Positions 22,297-30,810 are shown, counted from the first letter of the stretch. The stretch: 64,000 nt of DNA from a bacterium (GCA_963674695.2 CAXXGI010000003.1:608001-672000); one strand, 5' to 3'. Notes: generated by a model not told the origin, from the letters alone. Made by a program: numbers and translations.

Positions 22297-22764
22297 TTAC
22301 CGTCCCCTCGGTTGCTGGGCGCGCCCGGCTTGTTGCTTCGCCTTCTCGCCGCCCTCGCCCATCACCTGCACGGCAAACTCCCGGCGTCGGCCACCCTTTT
22401 CCAGATCGATGAGGATGATCTCTTCGCGGGGTCCCAGGGCGAGCTTCCCGGCGGAGAAGGGAACCGTCAGCGTCTTGCCGATCATGGCCCCCACGACGCG
22501 AGGTCCGACCGCAATCTCCTCCTTGCGCCGATTTTTGATCTGTTCATCCTGCCCCGGAAAGACGGCAAGGGCAGCCTTGAGGTGCTCCACCACATCCGGC
22601 AAAGGCTCGATGATCGTGATCGCTCCGCCCGGCGCGGGAACCGAGACGGTCACGAGTCCTTCGCTTGCACCCGCCTCACGGAGCGCGCGGTTCACCTCGT
22701 GGATGATGGAGCGCACGTCCACTTCCGATGTCGTCGGGATAAAGTAATTCCTGAAGAAAATCAT
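22297..22764 (-). CDS. YjbQ/UPF0047 family protein (divergent)
   Basis: GLVTVSVP..GAITIIEP, IG.TLTVPFSAGKLALG..EEIILID...RRRE. Confidence 0.75.
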   Translation of the reverse strand: MIFFRNYFIPTTSEVDVRSIIHEVNRALREAGASEGLVTVSVPAPGGAITIIEPLPDVVEHLKAALAVFPGQDEQIKNRRKEEIAVGPRVVGAMIGKTLTVPFSAGKLALGPREEIILIDLEKGGRRREFAVQVMGEGGEKAKQQAGRAQQPRGR

Positions 22765-22861
22765 AGTGCTCGGACTCTACGGTTGGACTGGGAGGATTGC
22801 AACGGCAAAAAAAGACCGGAATTGGACTGCGGATACCTCTAAAAACTGCGTTTTTTGGTTT

Positions 22862-22981
22862 TGTCATTTCCACGAAACCAAAGTTTGTCATTCCCGCGTA
22901 GGCAGCCTGCCCGCCGGTTGTGTGGCGGGGGAATCTCGCTTGTAATGGCCAATCGAGATCCCCGCTTTCGCGGGGATAACA
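22862..22981. repeat. REP-like doublet with nested 24-bp insertion
   Basis: GTCATTCCCGCGTAGGCAG[CCTGCCCGCCGGTTGTGTGGCGGG]GGAATCTCG...CGAGATCCCCGCTTTCGCGGGGATAAC. Confidence 0.85.
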
Positions 22982-23005
22982 ACGGCAGGGTTTGTCAGCA
23001 GTCTG

Positions 23006-23035
23006 AAGGCCCCCATCGCGGGGGTCTTTTTGTTT
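23006..23035. terminator. Putative intrinsic terminator hairpin
   Basis: AGGCCCCC-ATCGC-GGGGGTCT followed by a T-rich run, next to the HAD gene stop. Confidence 0.5.
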
Positions 23036-24218
23036 AGGGAATGGATGTCGGCACAAACCCGCGGGCGGGGCCTTTGGAGATGCCGACCTGAACGGTGGTC
23101 TTGGCCTTGAGGCCGATGCTCGGAAACTGGGCGACGAGCGTCTTGAAGTTTTCATAGTGTTTCCGCTTCTTCTCGAGATCGATCTTCCCCTCCGTCATCA
23201 CCGCGCGATAGATGTCGATGACGAGGCCGCCGTCGATCATCGGCAGTGCGCGCAGCATGCCCTGGTCGTTGCCGACTTCGCGCGGATTCGCCCGAGGCAG
23301 ATCCGCGAACGGTCCGAAGTTGTCGCCGATGACGCCGGCCAGGCGCATCGCGCCGATCGAGAGTTTCTGCTGCTTCGTCGTATCCGCGTTCCAGCGCACG
23401 ACCCGGCGTGCGGCGATCGAGGCGCCGCCAGTAGCCTTGCCCTCGCGGGCGTTGGCAATCTCGACCGGGCGCGGCTGAATGACGGCGTGTCCATATCGCT
23501 TGAGCACCTCCTTCCAGCTTTCGATGCCGTTCGACTGGATGAGGTTTGAGAGCAGCACGGGCTTATCCGGATGCTTTGGATCGGCGACATAGGCGTCGAT
23601 CCCCTCCACGGCCCAGAGCGGAGCACCATATCCGACCTGTTCGAGCATGGGGGCCACGAGAAAGAAGGGGCTGGCCGAGACAAACCCCGTCACAATTCCG
23701 CGCGTACGCAGGAATTGGGTGAGCGCACGTATTTCGGCATAGACCTGAGGAAAATCCTCGCGCTTGGACGACTGCCGAAAGAGCCGATCGACCTCCTTGA
23801 GCGTGAGGCCGGAAAACGCAAGGCTCGCATAGGTATACGCGACGATCGGGTCGATGCCATAGAGGTGTTCATAATAATCGAACGGCGTCTTCCCCTCGCG
23901 AACGAAGGGGAAGCCCTCCAGGAGCGGCGCCGTCTTCCAGGTGATGGCCCCTTTCTTCACGCCTTCATCGAAGACGACATCGGCGATATCCCCCGCCCAA
24001 GCGGTGTTGTCGCAGTCGATCAGCAGCAGGAGCGTCTCCGGTTCATGGCGCGCCAGTCGCGACAGCCAATCGGAGAGCTCTTTATAGGCGGCATCGTTCC
24101 ACGCACCGCGCGCCGGCAGGGCGTCGGCATTGCGCGGGTGGAAGGACTGCGCAGATGCCGACGATACGAACAGCATCAGACAGGACAGCACTATCAGGAC
24201 ATATCGTCTTGCAGACAT
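23034..24218 (-). CDS. Secreted HAD-like hydrolase
   Basis: Signal peptide, LLIDCDNTAW (DxDxT), FVSAS, EGK, IGDN..GND; start MSARRY after GGAGA. Confidence 0.75.
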   Translation of the reverse strand: MSARRYVLIVLSCLMLFVSSASAQSFHPRNADALPARGAWNDAAYKELSDWLSRLARHEPETLLLLIDCDNTAWAGDIADVVFDEGVKKGAITWKTAPLLEGFPFVREGKTPFDYYEHLYGIDPIVAYTYASLAFSGLTLKEVDRLFRQSSKREDFPQVYAEIRALTQFLRTRGIVTGFVSASPFFLVAPMLEQVGYGAPLWAVEGIDAYVADPKHPDKPVLLSNLIQSNGIESWKEVLKRYGHAVIQPRPVEIANAREGKATGGASIAARRVVRWNADTTKQQKLSIGAMRLAGVIGDNFGPFADLPRANPREVGNDQGMLRALPMIDGGLVIDIYRAVMTEGKIDLEKKRKHYENFKTLVAQFPSIGLKAKTTVQVGISKGPARGFVPTSIP

Positions 24219-24242
24219 AGCAAATCTCCATTGCACTTCTTT

Positions 24243-24411
24243 TGTCATTCCCGCGAACGCGGGAATCTCGCTTTTAATAGCAGATCGAGATCCCCGCGTT
24301 CGCGAGGATGACAAAAACACAGGTTTGTCATTCCGCCTGCCCGCCGGTTGTGTGGCGGGGGAATCTCGATTTTTCAAGTACTTCGAGATTCCCGATTCCT
24401 CGGGAATGACA
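24243..24411. repeat. REP-like cluster (two doublets), second with nested 24-bp insertion
   Basis: GTCATTCCCGCGAACGCGGGAATCTCG...; insertion at 24336-24359. Confidence 0.88.
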
Positions 24412-24436
24412 ACAAAAGCTCTTTTCCCGACAACCT

Positions 24437-26299
24437 CTATTTATCATTCACCACCGCATCGATGGCGCGGCGTTGATCGATGATGCGACCGTAGAACGGC
24501 GCCGGGATCGGATCGCCCGTCTTCCAGAGGATCTGCTTCACCTCAACGGGGGTGAGTTTCGGATCGAGGGCGAAGAGCTTGGCGGCGGTGTTCGTCGCAT
24601 TGGGTGACGCCATCGATGTGCCGGACAGCGGCACCGTCTTCCCGCCCGGAATGATGCTCGGCACGGTCACGCCCCAATCGAAGAGCTTCACGAGTTTGCG
24701 ATTGGAACTGGTGAATCGCGCCCACCTTCCGAAGGGATCGACCGCACCGATCGCCGCGACGTTAGGCCGCTCGATGCCGGAGGAGACGGTTTCGAACTCC
24801 ACGACGTCCTTGTTGTCGTTGCCCGCGGAGACGAGAAAGAGCGTGTCGGGACAGTGGTCGAAGACATAGCTCCAGACCTTGCGGCGCCAGGCCTGGACCT
24901 TGTCGGCACGGCGCTCGGCCTTCTTCGGATCGGTGTAGGTCCCTTCCTTCAGGATCGCTTCGAGCACATAATCGCGATCGAAACCCAAGCTCGCATTGAC
25001 CACGCGGATTCCGTGCCGGTTGATGAACGCGGCGATCGCCTTGGCGTTTTGCATCTCGGCCTTGAGCTCCGCATCGGTCGGGCCCCGCTCGTGATAGATG
25101 CGGCCCTCGCCCGCCCAGGCCGAACGAAACGGCGCGATGCGGATGAAGGGATTGCCCTTGGCGGCGATGCCGGCCACGTGCGTGCCGTGGGCCCACTCGC
25201 CGATCATATCGAGGTTGAGCAGGAACGCGCGACGCGCATCGACGGTTTTGACCGCTTTATAGGTGGTGATCAGGTGACGTGCCTCGGGCGTGTTGCTCAT
25301 GCCGGCGCGGATATCCATGATCCCCTTCAGAAACTGGCCGTACTGGGCGATGACCGCTTCGCCCGGATCATAGAGGAGGCGATCGTTGATCGAGGCCTGA
25401 TCGGGATCGGCGGTGTCGTGCGCAAGCCCATAGATATCGTCGATCTGGCCGTTGCCGTCGTCGTCGCGACCGTTCTTGATCTCGCCGGTGTTGACGAGCA
25501 GGCGGTCCTCGAACTGTGTCGTATCCACGCCGCAGTCCCAGATGCCCACGCCCACGGGCCAAGCCTTCTTTCCCGCGATATCGACGTTCTGAAAGGCATA
25601 TTTCTTTGGATCGCGCTGACGTGCGTAATAGGGCTTGAGCTGCGCAAACGCACGCTCATAGGTCTTCATGTTGTCGGCCACAGCGCCGCGAAAGCGCGTG
25701 TCCTTGAGGTATTCAAACGCCGTCATCGGCGTGAGCAGCGACTCGCGGTCCATCTTTCCCGCGAGCTCTACGAGCCGCTTGGTCGTCGTGAGGTAATAGG
25801 CCATCTGCCCGTTGAAACGCCCCTTGGGAAGCTCCTTGAAGGCCGCCACCAGCGCTGCGACCTGCTTGGGCTTGCTGTCTCCCGCCAAGACGCGGCGAGC
25901 TTCAGCGCGCAGCTTCGGGGCGAAGAGAAATTTGTTCGGATTATTCGCCCGCGCGCGCATGATCGTCACCATCTGATCGGCGCGCTCGGCCTTTCCTTCG
26001 ATCTGGAAGAGATAGCCGAGCGTTTCGAGCTGCTCCATCGCGCGATCGGGGATGAGCGGAAGCAGGTTCGGATCGGCCGCATAGGCCTCGAATTGGTCGC
26101 ACTTGAATGCCGGATAATATTTTTTGAGCTTCGCCTTCACGTCGGCTTTCACCAATGCGATCAGGTCCGCATCGCTCTTGCCCTTCCAGGAGGGATTCAT
26201 CTTTGACGTCCCTTCGACACCATCCGCGGCGAAAGTCGGCGGCATCAAAGCGATGGAGAAGAAAAAGACGATGATGGTGATGAGATGTTTGCGCGGCAT
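24437..26299 (-). CDS. Secreted S8 family (subtilisin-like) serine peptidase
   Basis: Signal peptide; triad IWDCGVD, HGTHVAGIA, SGTSMASP; SAGND; DDDGNGQIDDIYG. Confidence 0.92.
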   Translation of the reverse strand: MPRKHLITIIVFFFSIALMPPTFAADGVEGTSKMNPSWKGKSDADLIALVKADVKAKLKKYYPAFKCDQFEAYAADPNLLPLIPDRAMEQLETLGYLFQIEGKAERADQMVTIMRARANNPNKFLFAPKLRAEARRVLAGDSKPKQVAALVAAFKELPKGRFNGQMAYYLTTTKRLVELAGKMDRESLLTPMTAFEYLKDTRFRGAVADNMKTYERAFAQLKPYYARQRDPKKYAFQNVDIAGKKAWPVGVGIWDCGVDTTQFEDRLLVNTGEIKNGRDDDGNGQIDDIYGLAHDTADPDQASINDRLLYDPGEAVIAQYGQFLKGIMDIRAGMSNTPEARHLITTYKAVKTVDARRAFLLNLDMIGEWAHGTHVAGIAAKGNPFIRIAPFRSAWAGEGRIYHERGPTDAELKAEMQNAKAIAAFINRHGIRVVNASLGFDRDYVLEAILKEGTYTDPKKAERRADKVQAWRRKVWSYVFDHCPDTLFLVSAGNDNKDVVEFETVSSGIERPNVAAIGAVDPFGRWARFTSSNRKLVKLFDWGVTVPSIIPGGKTVPLSGTSMASPNATNTAAKLFALDPKLTPVEVKQILWKTGDPIPAPFYGRIIDQRRAIDAVVNDK

Positions 26300-26412
26300 G
26301 ATACCCCCCTTTGCCCTGGACATATCGGCTTCAAGGATACCCCGCAAGGGGAAAGCGAACGAAATAATCCTGGATGGTTGACGAATCCGTGGCGCTCCCC
26401 TATTTCACCCTC

Positions 26413-27186
26413 ATGCCAAAGACCGGAGCAAAGTTCGAGAAGCTGGTGGCAATCATGTCGCGTCTGCGCGCACCCGATGGCTGCCCGTGGGACCGGAAGC
26501 AGACCTATCGCGACATCGCGGCGCACACGCTCGAAGAGACGCATGAGGTGATGGAGGCGATCGATCGGGAGAACTTCACCGATCTCTGCGAGGAATGCGG
26601 CGACTTAGTCCTGCAGGTCATCTTCTATGCCCAGATGGCGCGAGAGGACGGACACTTCACGATCGACGACGTCATCGATGCGATCACGAAGAAACTCATC
26701 CATCGCCATCCGCACGTCTTCGGCGAATCGAAGGTCGCCGATTCGAACGAGGTGGAGGAGCGCTGGGAAGAACTGAAGATGGCCGAGGGAAAAAAGTCGG
26801 TCGTGGGCGGCGTGCCCAAGAACCTTCCCGCGCTGCTCAAGGCGTTTCGCCTGGGCGAGAAGACCTCGCGCGTCGGCTTCGACTGGGGCGATGCCGAGGG
26901 GATCCTGGCCAAGGTCGAGGAGGAGACGCGCGAGTTGCACGAGGCGAGCCAGTCCCAGGATCGCGAGGCGATCGATCACGAATACGGCGACCTGCTCTTC
27001 ACGCTCGCCAACCTCGGCCGATTTCTCGGCCTCGACCCCGAGGGCAGCCTGCGCCGCGCCACCGAACGCTTCAGCGCGCGATTTCAACACATGGAGCACC
27101 AGTGCGAAAGCGACAACAAGAAACTCCAAAAACTCACGCCGGAGGAATGGGATACGCTGTGGGAACAGGCAAAGAAACAGGTATGA
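26413..27186 (+). CDS. mazG: Nucleoside triphosphate pyrophosphohydrolase MazG
   Basis: LRAPDGCPWDRKQT, EETHE, EECGD, HRHPHVFG, VGFDW, EYGDLLF. Confidence 0.96.
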   Translation: MPKTGAKFEKLVAIMSRLRAPDGCPWDRKQTYRDIAAHTLEETHEVMEAIDRENFTDLCEECGDLVLQVIFYAQMAREDGHFTIDDVIDAITKKLIHRHPHVFGESKVADSNEVEERWEELKMAEGKKSVVGGVPKNLPALLKAFRLGEKTSRVGFDWGDAEGILAKVEEETRELHEASQSQDREAIDHEYGDLLFTLANLGRFLGLDPEGSLRRATERFSARFQHMEHQCESDNKKLQKLTPEEWDTLWEQAKKQV

Positions 27187-27266
27187 ATTATGAATCGACT
27201 GCTGCAATAGTCACAATATGATCGCACAGAAGAAATGAGTGGTTGCGATATCATCACACAATTGTC

Positions 27267-27318
27267 TTCCGATTTCTGATGATGATCTTGATCTTGATGT
27301 TGATTTCTGATTACCGGC
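27267..27318. repeat. Degenerate hexamer array directly after the left four-helix gene stop
   Basis: GATTTCTGATGATGATCTTGATCTTGATGTTGATTTCTGATT. Confidence 0.7.
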
Positions 27319-27651
27319 TCACCTGAGCCGGTAGAGCATCCGGCTGATTCGATCTGCCCTTTCCTTGTTCTCCATTTCACATCGTGCCGGAATCAAGGAG
27401 AATGCGGCGGCCAGATCGATGCAGGCCGACACCTCCGCGAGCGAAGCCCTGGAGATCTGAAAGAAGCGCTTTCGTTCCCCCTTGCCCATCCGAGCATTGC
27501 CCTCCGCCAAGTTGAGCACGACGGAAGCCATGGCCCTTCTGAGCTGATCGACCAGATAGCCGTACCCACGTGGCCATCCACCGGAGAGCCCCCCGAGCTC
27601 CTTCGCCAGAGTGATCGATTCCCGGTAACAGTCCAGTTTTTCATGTAGCAT
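27319..27651 (-). CDS. Four-helix-bundle protein (TIGR02436 / 23S rRNA IVP family), copy A
   Basis: HEKLDCY, LVDQLRRAMASVVLNLAEG, RKRFFQISRASLAEV; RBS CAGGGAGG. Confidence 0.92.
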   Translation of the reverse strand: MLHEKLDCYRESITLAKELGGLSGGWPRGYGYLVDQLRRAMASVVLNLAEGNARMGKGERKRFFQISRASLAEVSACIDLAAAFSLIPARCEMENKERADRISRMLYRLR

Positions 27652-27655
27652 TTGA

Positions 27656-27731
27656 GCCTCCCTGTGGTGGTTAATTTTTTTTGCCCCCCGACCGGGCGAG
27701 GGGCAAAAAAAATTAACCACCACAGGGAGGC
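27656..27731. repeat. Perfect inverted repeat, 32-bp arms and 12-nt spacer, between the divergent four-helix genes
   Basis: GCCTCCCTGTGGTGGTTAATTTTTTTTGCCCC / CCGACCGGGCGA / GGGGCAAAAAAAATTAACCACCACAGGGAGGC. Confidence 0.97.
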
Positions 27732-27734
27732 GTC

Positions 27735-28070
27735 ATGAATCATGAAAAACTGGACTGTTACCGGGAACTCATCATGGTCTCGAAGGAGCTCGGGGGGCTC
27801 ATGAAAGGATGGCCGAGAGGCTCTGGCTATCTGGTCGATCAGCTCAGAAGGGCCATATCGTCTGCTGTGCTCAACTTGGCGGAGGGCAACGGCAAGCGGG
27901 GGCAACCACGTGAACGAAAGCGCTTCTTTCAGATCTCGATGGGATCCATCGCGGAGGTGGCAGCGGGCCTGGATCTGGCCGCCGCATTCTCCTTGATTCC
28001 GGCACGAGTACAGGAGGAGAATAAGGCGATTCTGCGAGCAGCATACAACCGGATCAGGAGACTCTCCTGA
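27735..28070 (+). CDS. Four-helix-bundle protein (TIGR02436 / 23S rRNA IVP family), copy B
   Basis: HEKLDCY, LVDQLRRAISSAVLNLAEG, RKRFFQISMGSIAEV. Confidence 0.92.
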   Translation: MNHEKLDCYRELIMVSKELGGLMKGWPRGSGYLVDQLRRAISSAVLNLAEGNGKRGQPRERKRFFQISMGSIAEVAAGLDLAAAFSLIPARVQEENKAILRAAYNRIRRLS

Positions 28071-28140
28071 TCCGGCTCCGTTATCGATATCTCGAAGAAT
28101 CGGTTTCTCCCAATCGGTTCTCGGTTTTCCGTTTCGGTTT
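28071..28140. repeat. Degenerate ~6-mer array directly after the right four-helix gene stop
   Basis: TCCGGC TCCGTT ATCGAT ATCTCG ... ATCGGTTTCTCCCAATCGGTTCTCGGTTTTCCGTTTCGGTTT. Confidence 0.55.
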
Positions 28141-28222
28141 GAAATGTCAGGCGGGGTGATAACGGCACATTGTTGTTGTCAGATCCAATAGTGATCACTA
28201 CAATTCACTTCATTCACCACTT

Positions 28223-28549
28223 ATGACCTACAATCGTTGGACAACCGCCATCATGCTCAACGCCTTCGTCTTTCCCGGTGCCGGGCATTGGCTCATCGGT
28301 CGTCGCCTTTCCGGCGTGATCATCGGCGTGCTCGCCGTTATCTTTTTGATGACACCGCTAGCGGCCTACACGCGGACCACACTGCACCTCTTTTCACTCC
28401 TGAAGTACAAGGGCACCGGTCTTTCGATGATGGGCCAGGCGTGGACCATGAACCAAGACCTCATCCTCTGGTGCCTGGCCGGCCTCGTGATCACCTGGGG
28501 ATTTGGAATTCTGGATCTGGTGGTGAGGCGGCGACGCCGTGAACAGTGA
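28223..28549 (+). CDS. Small membrane protein of unknown function
   Basis: LNAFVFPGAGHWLIGR motif plus 2-3 hydrophobic segments. Confidence 0.7.
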   Translation: MTYNRWTTAIMLNAFVFPGAGHWLIGRRLSGVIIGVLAVIFLMTPLAAYTRTTLHLFSLLKYKGTGLSMMGQAWTMNQDLILWCLAGLVITWGFGILDLVVRRRRREQ

Positions 28550-28572
28550 ACCGTAAACGGTGAACAGCAATC
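28538..28572 (+). repeat. Heptamer array (same family as 10837-10943)
   Basis: CGTGAAC AGTGAAC CGTAAAC GGTGAAC AGCAATC. Confidence 0.8.
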
Positions 28573-28624
28573 CATTCGATATCACACCACCTCACCAACT
28601 CAAAACCGCCTTAGATGAGATATA

Positions 28625-28676
28625 TTGACAGTATCGGTGTAATGTCCTACACTCATCGGTGTAAGCACATACACCG
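28625..28676 (+). promoter_or_regulatory. Sigma70 promoter overlapped by two tandem palindromic operators
   Basis: TTGACA-17-TACACT; CGGTGTA-N6-TACACTC (28635-28654) and CGGTGTA-N6-TACACCG (28657-28676). Confidence 0.8.
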
Positions 28677-28682
28677 CCCATT

Positions 28683-29222
28683 ATGCTCAACTTACGTTCC
28701 AAAGTCGCGCGCGAACTCTTGAGTTTCTTCTTTCTCCACGAGGAGGAGGGATACTATGTCAATGAACTCGCGCGCCGTCTCAAACTCGACAAACGCAACA
28801 TGGCCAAGAAGCTCGCCGAGTTCGAAGCGGATGGGCTCTTTCAGTCCACCCTGTCCGGACATCAGAAGTACTATTCGCTGAACCGCTCCTTCCCCCTCTA
28901 TCAGGAATACCGTCAGTTCGTCCTCAAGACAGCCGGTCTGGAGGCACAGCTTCGCGAGGCACTTCGAGAGATCCCAGGCATCTCGCACGCCTACCTGTAT
29001 GGTTCCTACGCCTCAAACCGCATGGACGCATCGAGTGACATCGACCTCATCATCATCGGCGACCACAAGGTCATCGAAGTTCAGCAGGCCATAGCCGCAT
29101 TGCAGAAGAAGCTCGATCGCGAGATCAACCTGGTCAACCTGAGCGAAGACGAGTTCCGTGCGAAGGCCGACGATCCCTTCCTCGTCGACATCATGAAGAA
29201 CGATCGACTGCAGCTCATATGA
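28683..29222 (+). CDS. wHTH-fused minimal nucleotidyltransferase (MNT antitoxin-like)
   Basis: YYVNELARRL wHTH; AYLYGSYA...SSDIDLIIIG; REIN. Confidence 0.88.
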   Translation: MLNLRSKVARELLSFFFLHEEEGYYVNELARRLKLDKRNMAKKLAEFEADGLFQSTLSGHQKYYSLNRSFPLYQEYRQFVLKTAGLEAQLREALREIPGISHAYLYGSYASNRMDASSDIDLIIIGDHKVIEVQQAIAALQKKLDREINLVNLSEDEFRAKADDPFLVDIMKNDRLQLI

Positions 29223-29310
29223 CAACATTCGAGACAAAATATTTTCGGAATATCTCGAGTATATCGACGCCATCATCACACAGATTGAAGCTCGCATTGA
29301 CCGGGATTGA
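29219..29310 (+). pseudogene. Internally deleted HEPN-type toxin remnant
   Basis: ATGA overlap with the MNT stop; MTTFETKYFR joined out of frame to EYLEYIDAIITQIEARIDRD*. Confidence 0.6.
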
Positions 29311-29316
29311 TCGATG

Positions 29317-29356
29317 CTTGAGCCATCTCACCATCCAGCCATCTCACGATCTCACC
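29317..29356 (+). repeat. Octamer array (ATCTCACN family)
   Basis: CTTGAGCC ATCTCACC ATCCAGCC ATCTCACG ATCTCACC. Confidence 0.75.
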
Positions 29357-29369
29357 AAAGGAGCTCATT

Positions 29370-29573
29370 ATGCCCGAATGCAACAAAGCCAAGAACATGA
29401 ACCATTGCACCTGCACGTATGACCCCTGCTCCCACAAGGGCGTCTGCTGCGAGTGTCTGCAATTTCACTGGAAGAACAAGGAACTCCCCGGCTGCCTCTT
29501 TCCCGAAGACTCCGAACGCAGCTACGATCGCTCGCTGAGAAACTTCATTGAGGTGTGGCAGAAAAGGCTGTAA
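29370..29573 (+). CDS. Small Cys-rich protein (DUF6485-like)
   Basis: CTCTYDPCSHKGVCCECLQFH...LPGCLFP..ERSYDRS; AAAGGAG RBS. Confidence 0.82.
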   Translation: MPECNKAKNMNHCTCTYDPCSHKGVCCECLQFHWKNKELPGCLFPEDSERSYDRSLRNFIEVWQKRL

Positions 29574-29670
29574 ACTGTTGTTCGTGAACGAGAAAGACCG
29601 GACAACGCTGCATGACGCCGTACAGTCGCTGGTCTTGCGCGAACAGTGACCGACGCAGCGGGAGGCTTCC

Positions 29671-30810
29671 ATGAAAATCGAGCAAAAACAATGGACGACG
29701 GTCGATGGCTGGACGGCGTGCTGCGGCGGGTTGGAAGGAGGAACAGCCGAGCTCGTCCTCGTATTCGGAGCGACGGCGCTGCTCAAGGAGAAAAGTCTGC
29801 TGGAGGAAATCTCCGGGATGTATCCTGAGGCCCATGTCTGCGGCTGTTCGACGGCCGGCGAGATCTGCTGCACGGACGTTCGCGACGATTCCCTCGTGGT
29901 GACGGCTATCCATTTTGAGCGGACACAGGTGCAACCGGCTTCGATATCCATGAAGGAGGTCCAAGACAGCCGCGAAGCGGGAGAGCGACTCGCGCGACTG
30001 CTCCCGAAGGAGCAGCTGGTTCACGTCTTTGTCCTTTCCGACGGCCTGGCCGTCAACGGGAGTGACCTGGTCAGGGGAATGACGGAGCATCTGCCGCCGT
30101 CGGTGACGATCACAGGTGGTTTGGCTGGAGACGGAGCACGTTTTCAGGAGACACTCGTGCTGAGCGACGGAGCGTCGGTTTCCGATGTCATCACCGCCGT
30201 CGGTTTCTACGGGGATGGCCTCAAGGTCGGTCACGGATCTTTCGGAGGATGGGATCCCTTCGGCCCCGATCGCCTGATCACGCGATCCAAGGGAAACGTG
30301 CTCTTTGAAATGGATGGCACATCGGCGCTCGTGCTCTACAAGGAGTACCTCGGCGAATACGCCGATGATCTTCCGGCAGCGGGATTACTCTTCCCCTTGA
30401 GCGTCCGAGAACAGGGAAGCGAAATCAGCTATGTCCGCACCCTCCTTGCGGTGGATGAGGATGCGGGGAGTCTGACATTTGCGGGCGACGTGCCCCAAGG
30501 CGCTACGGCTCGCCTTATGAAGGCGAACTTCGATCGTTTGATCGACGGGGCCGTCCAAGCGTCACATGCCGGTTTGGAGATGGTCGGTTCAGTGCCGCCC
30601 GACCTGGCGATACTCATCAGCTGCATCGGTCGGAAACTCGTTCTCAAACAGCGGGTTGAGGAGGAAGTCGAGGGTGTTCGCGACGTACTGGGAGGGCAGT
30701 GCTTTCTGACGGGTTTTTACTCCTATGGGGAGATCGCCCCTGCCTTGTCCGGAATCCCCGCAGGGCTTCATAACCAGACCATGACGATCACGACGTTATC
30801 GGAGAAATGA
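29671..30810 (+). CDS. FIST-domain (NosP-like) sensor protein
   Basis: GCSTAGEI, FVLSDGL, TGGLAGD, GGWDPFGP, LISCIGRK, GFYSYGEI, LHNQTMT. Confidence 0.93.
   Translation: MKIEQKQWTTVDGWTACCGGLEGGTAELVLVFGATALLKEKSLLEEISGMYPEAHVCGCSTAGEICCTDVRDDSLVVTAIHFERTQVQPASISMKEVQDSREAGERLARLLPKEQLVHVFVLSDGLAVNGSDLVRGMTEHLPPSVTITGGLAGDGARFQETLVLSDGASVSDVITAVGFYGDGLKVGHGSFGGWDPFGPDRLITRSKGNVLFEMDGTSALVLYKEYLGEYADDLPAAGLLFPLSVREQGSEISYVRTLLAVDEDAGSLTFAGDVPQGATARLMKANFDRLIDGAVQASHAGLEMVGSVPPDLAILISCIGRKLVLKQRVEEEVEGVRDVLGGQCFLTGFYSYGEIAPALSGIPAGLHNQTMTITTLSEK

Noticed and set aside
27656-27731. Bidirectional terminator
   Set aside because: The T-run precedes the hairpin on both strands and it lies upstream of two divergent genes, so the polarity is wrong
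27319-28070. Diversity-generating retroelement (Avd-like four-helix proteins)
   Set aside because: No reverse transcriptase and no template/variable repeat pair with adenine-specific differences in the window; differences between the copies are not A-biased
29219-29422. 67-aa ORF as a real protein
   Set aside because: Better explained as a frameshifted toxin remnant running through an octamer array into the next gene
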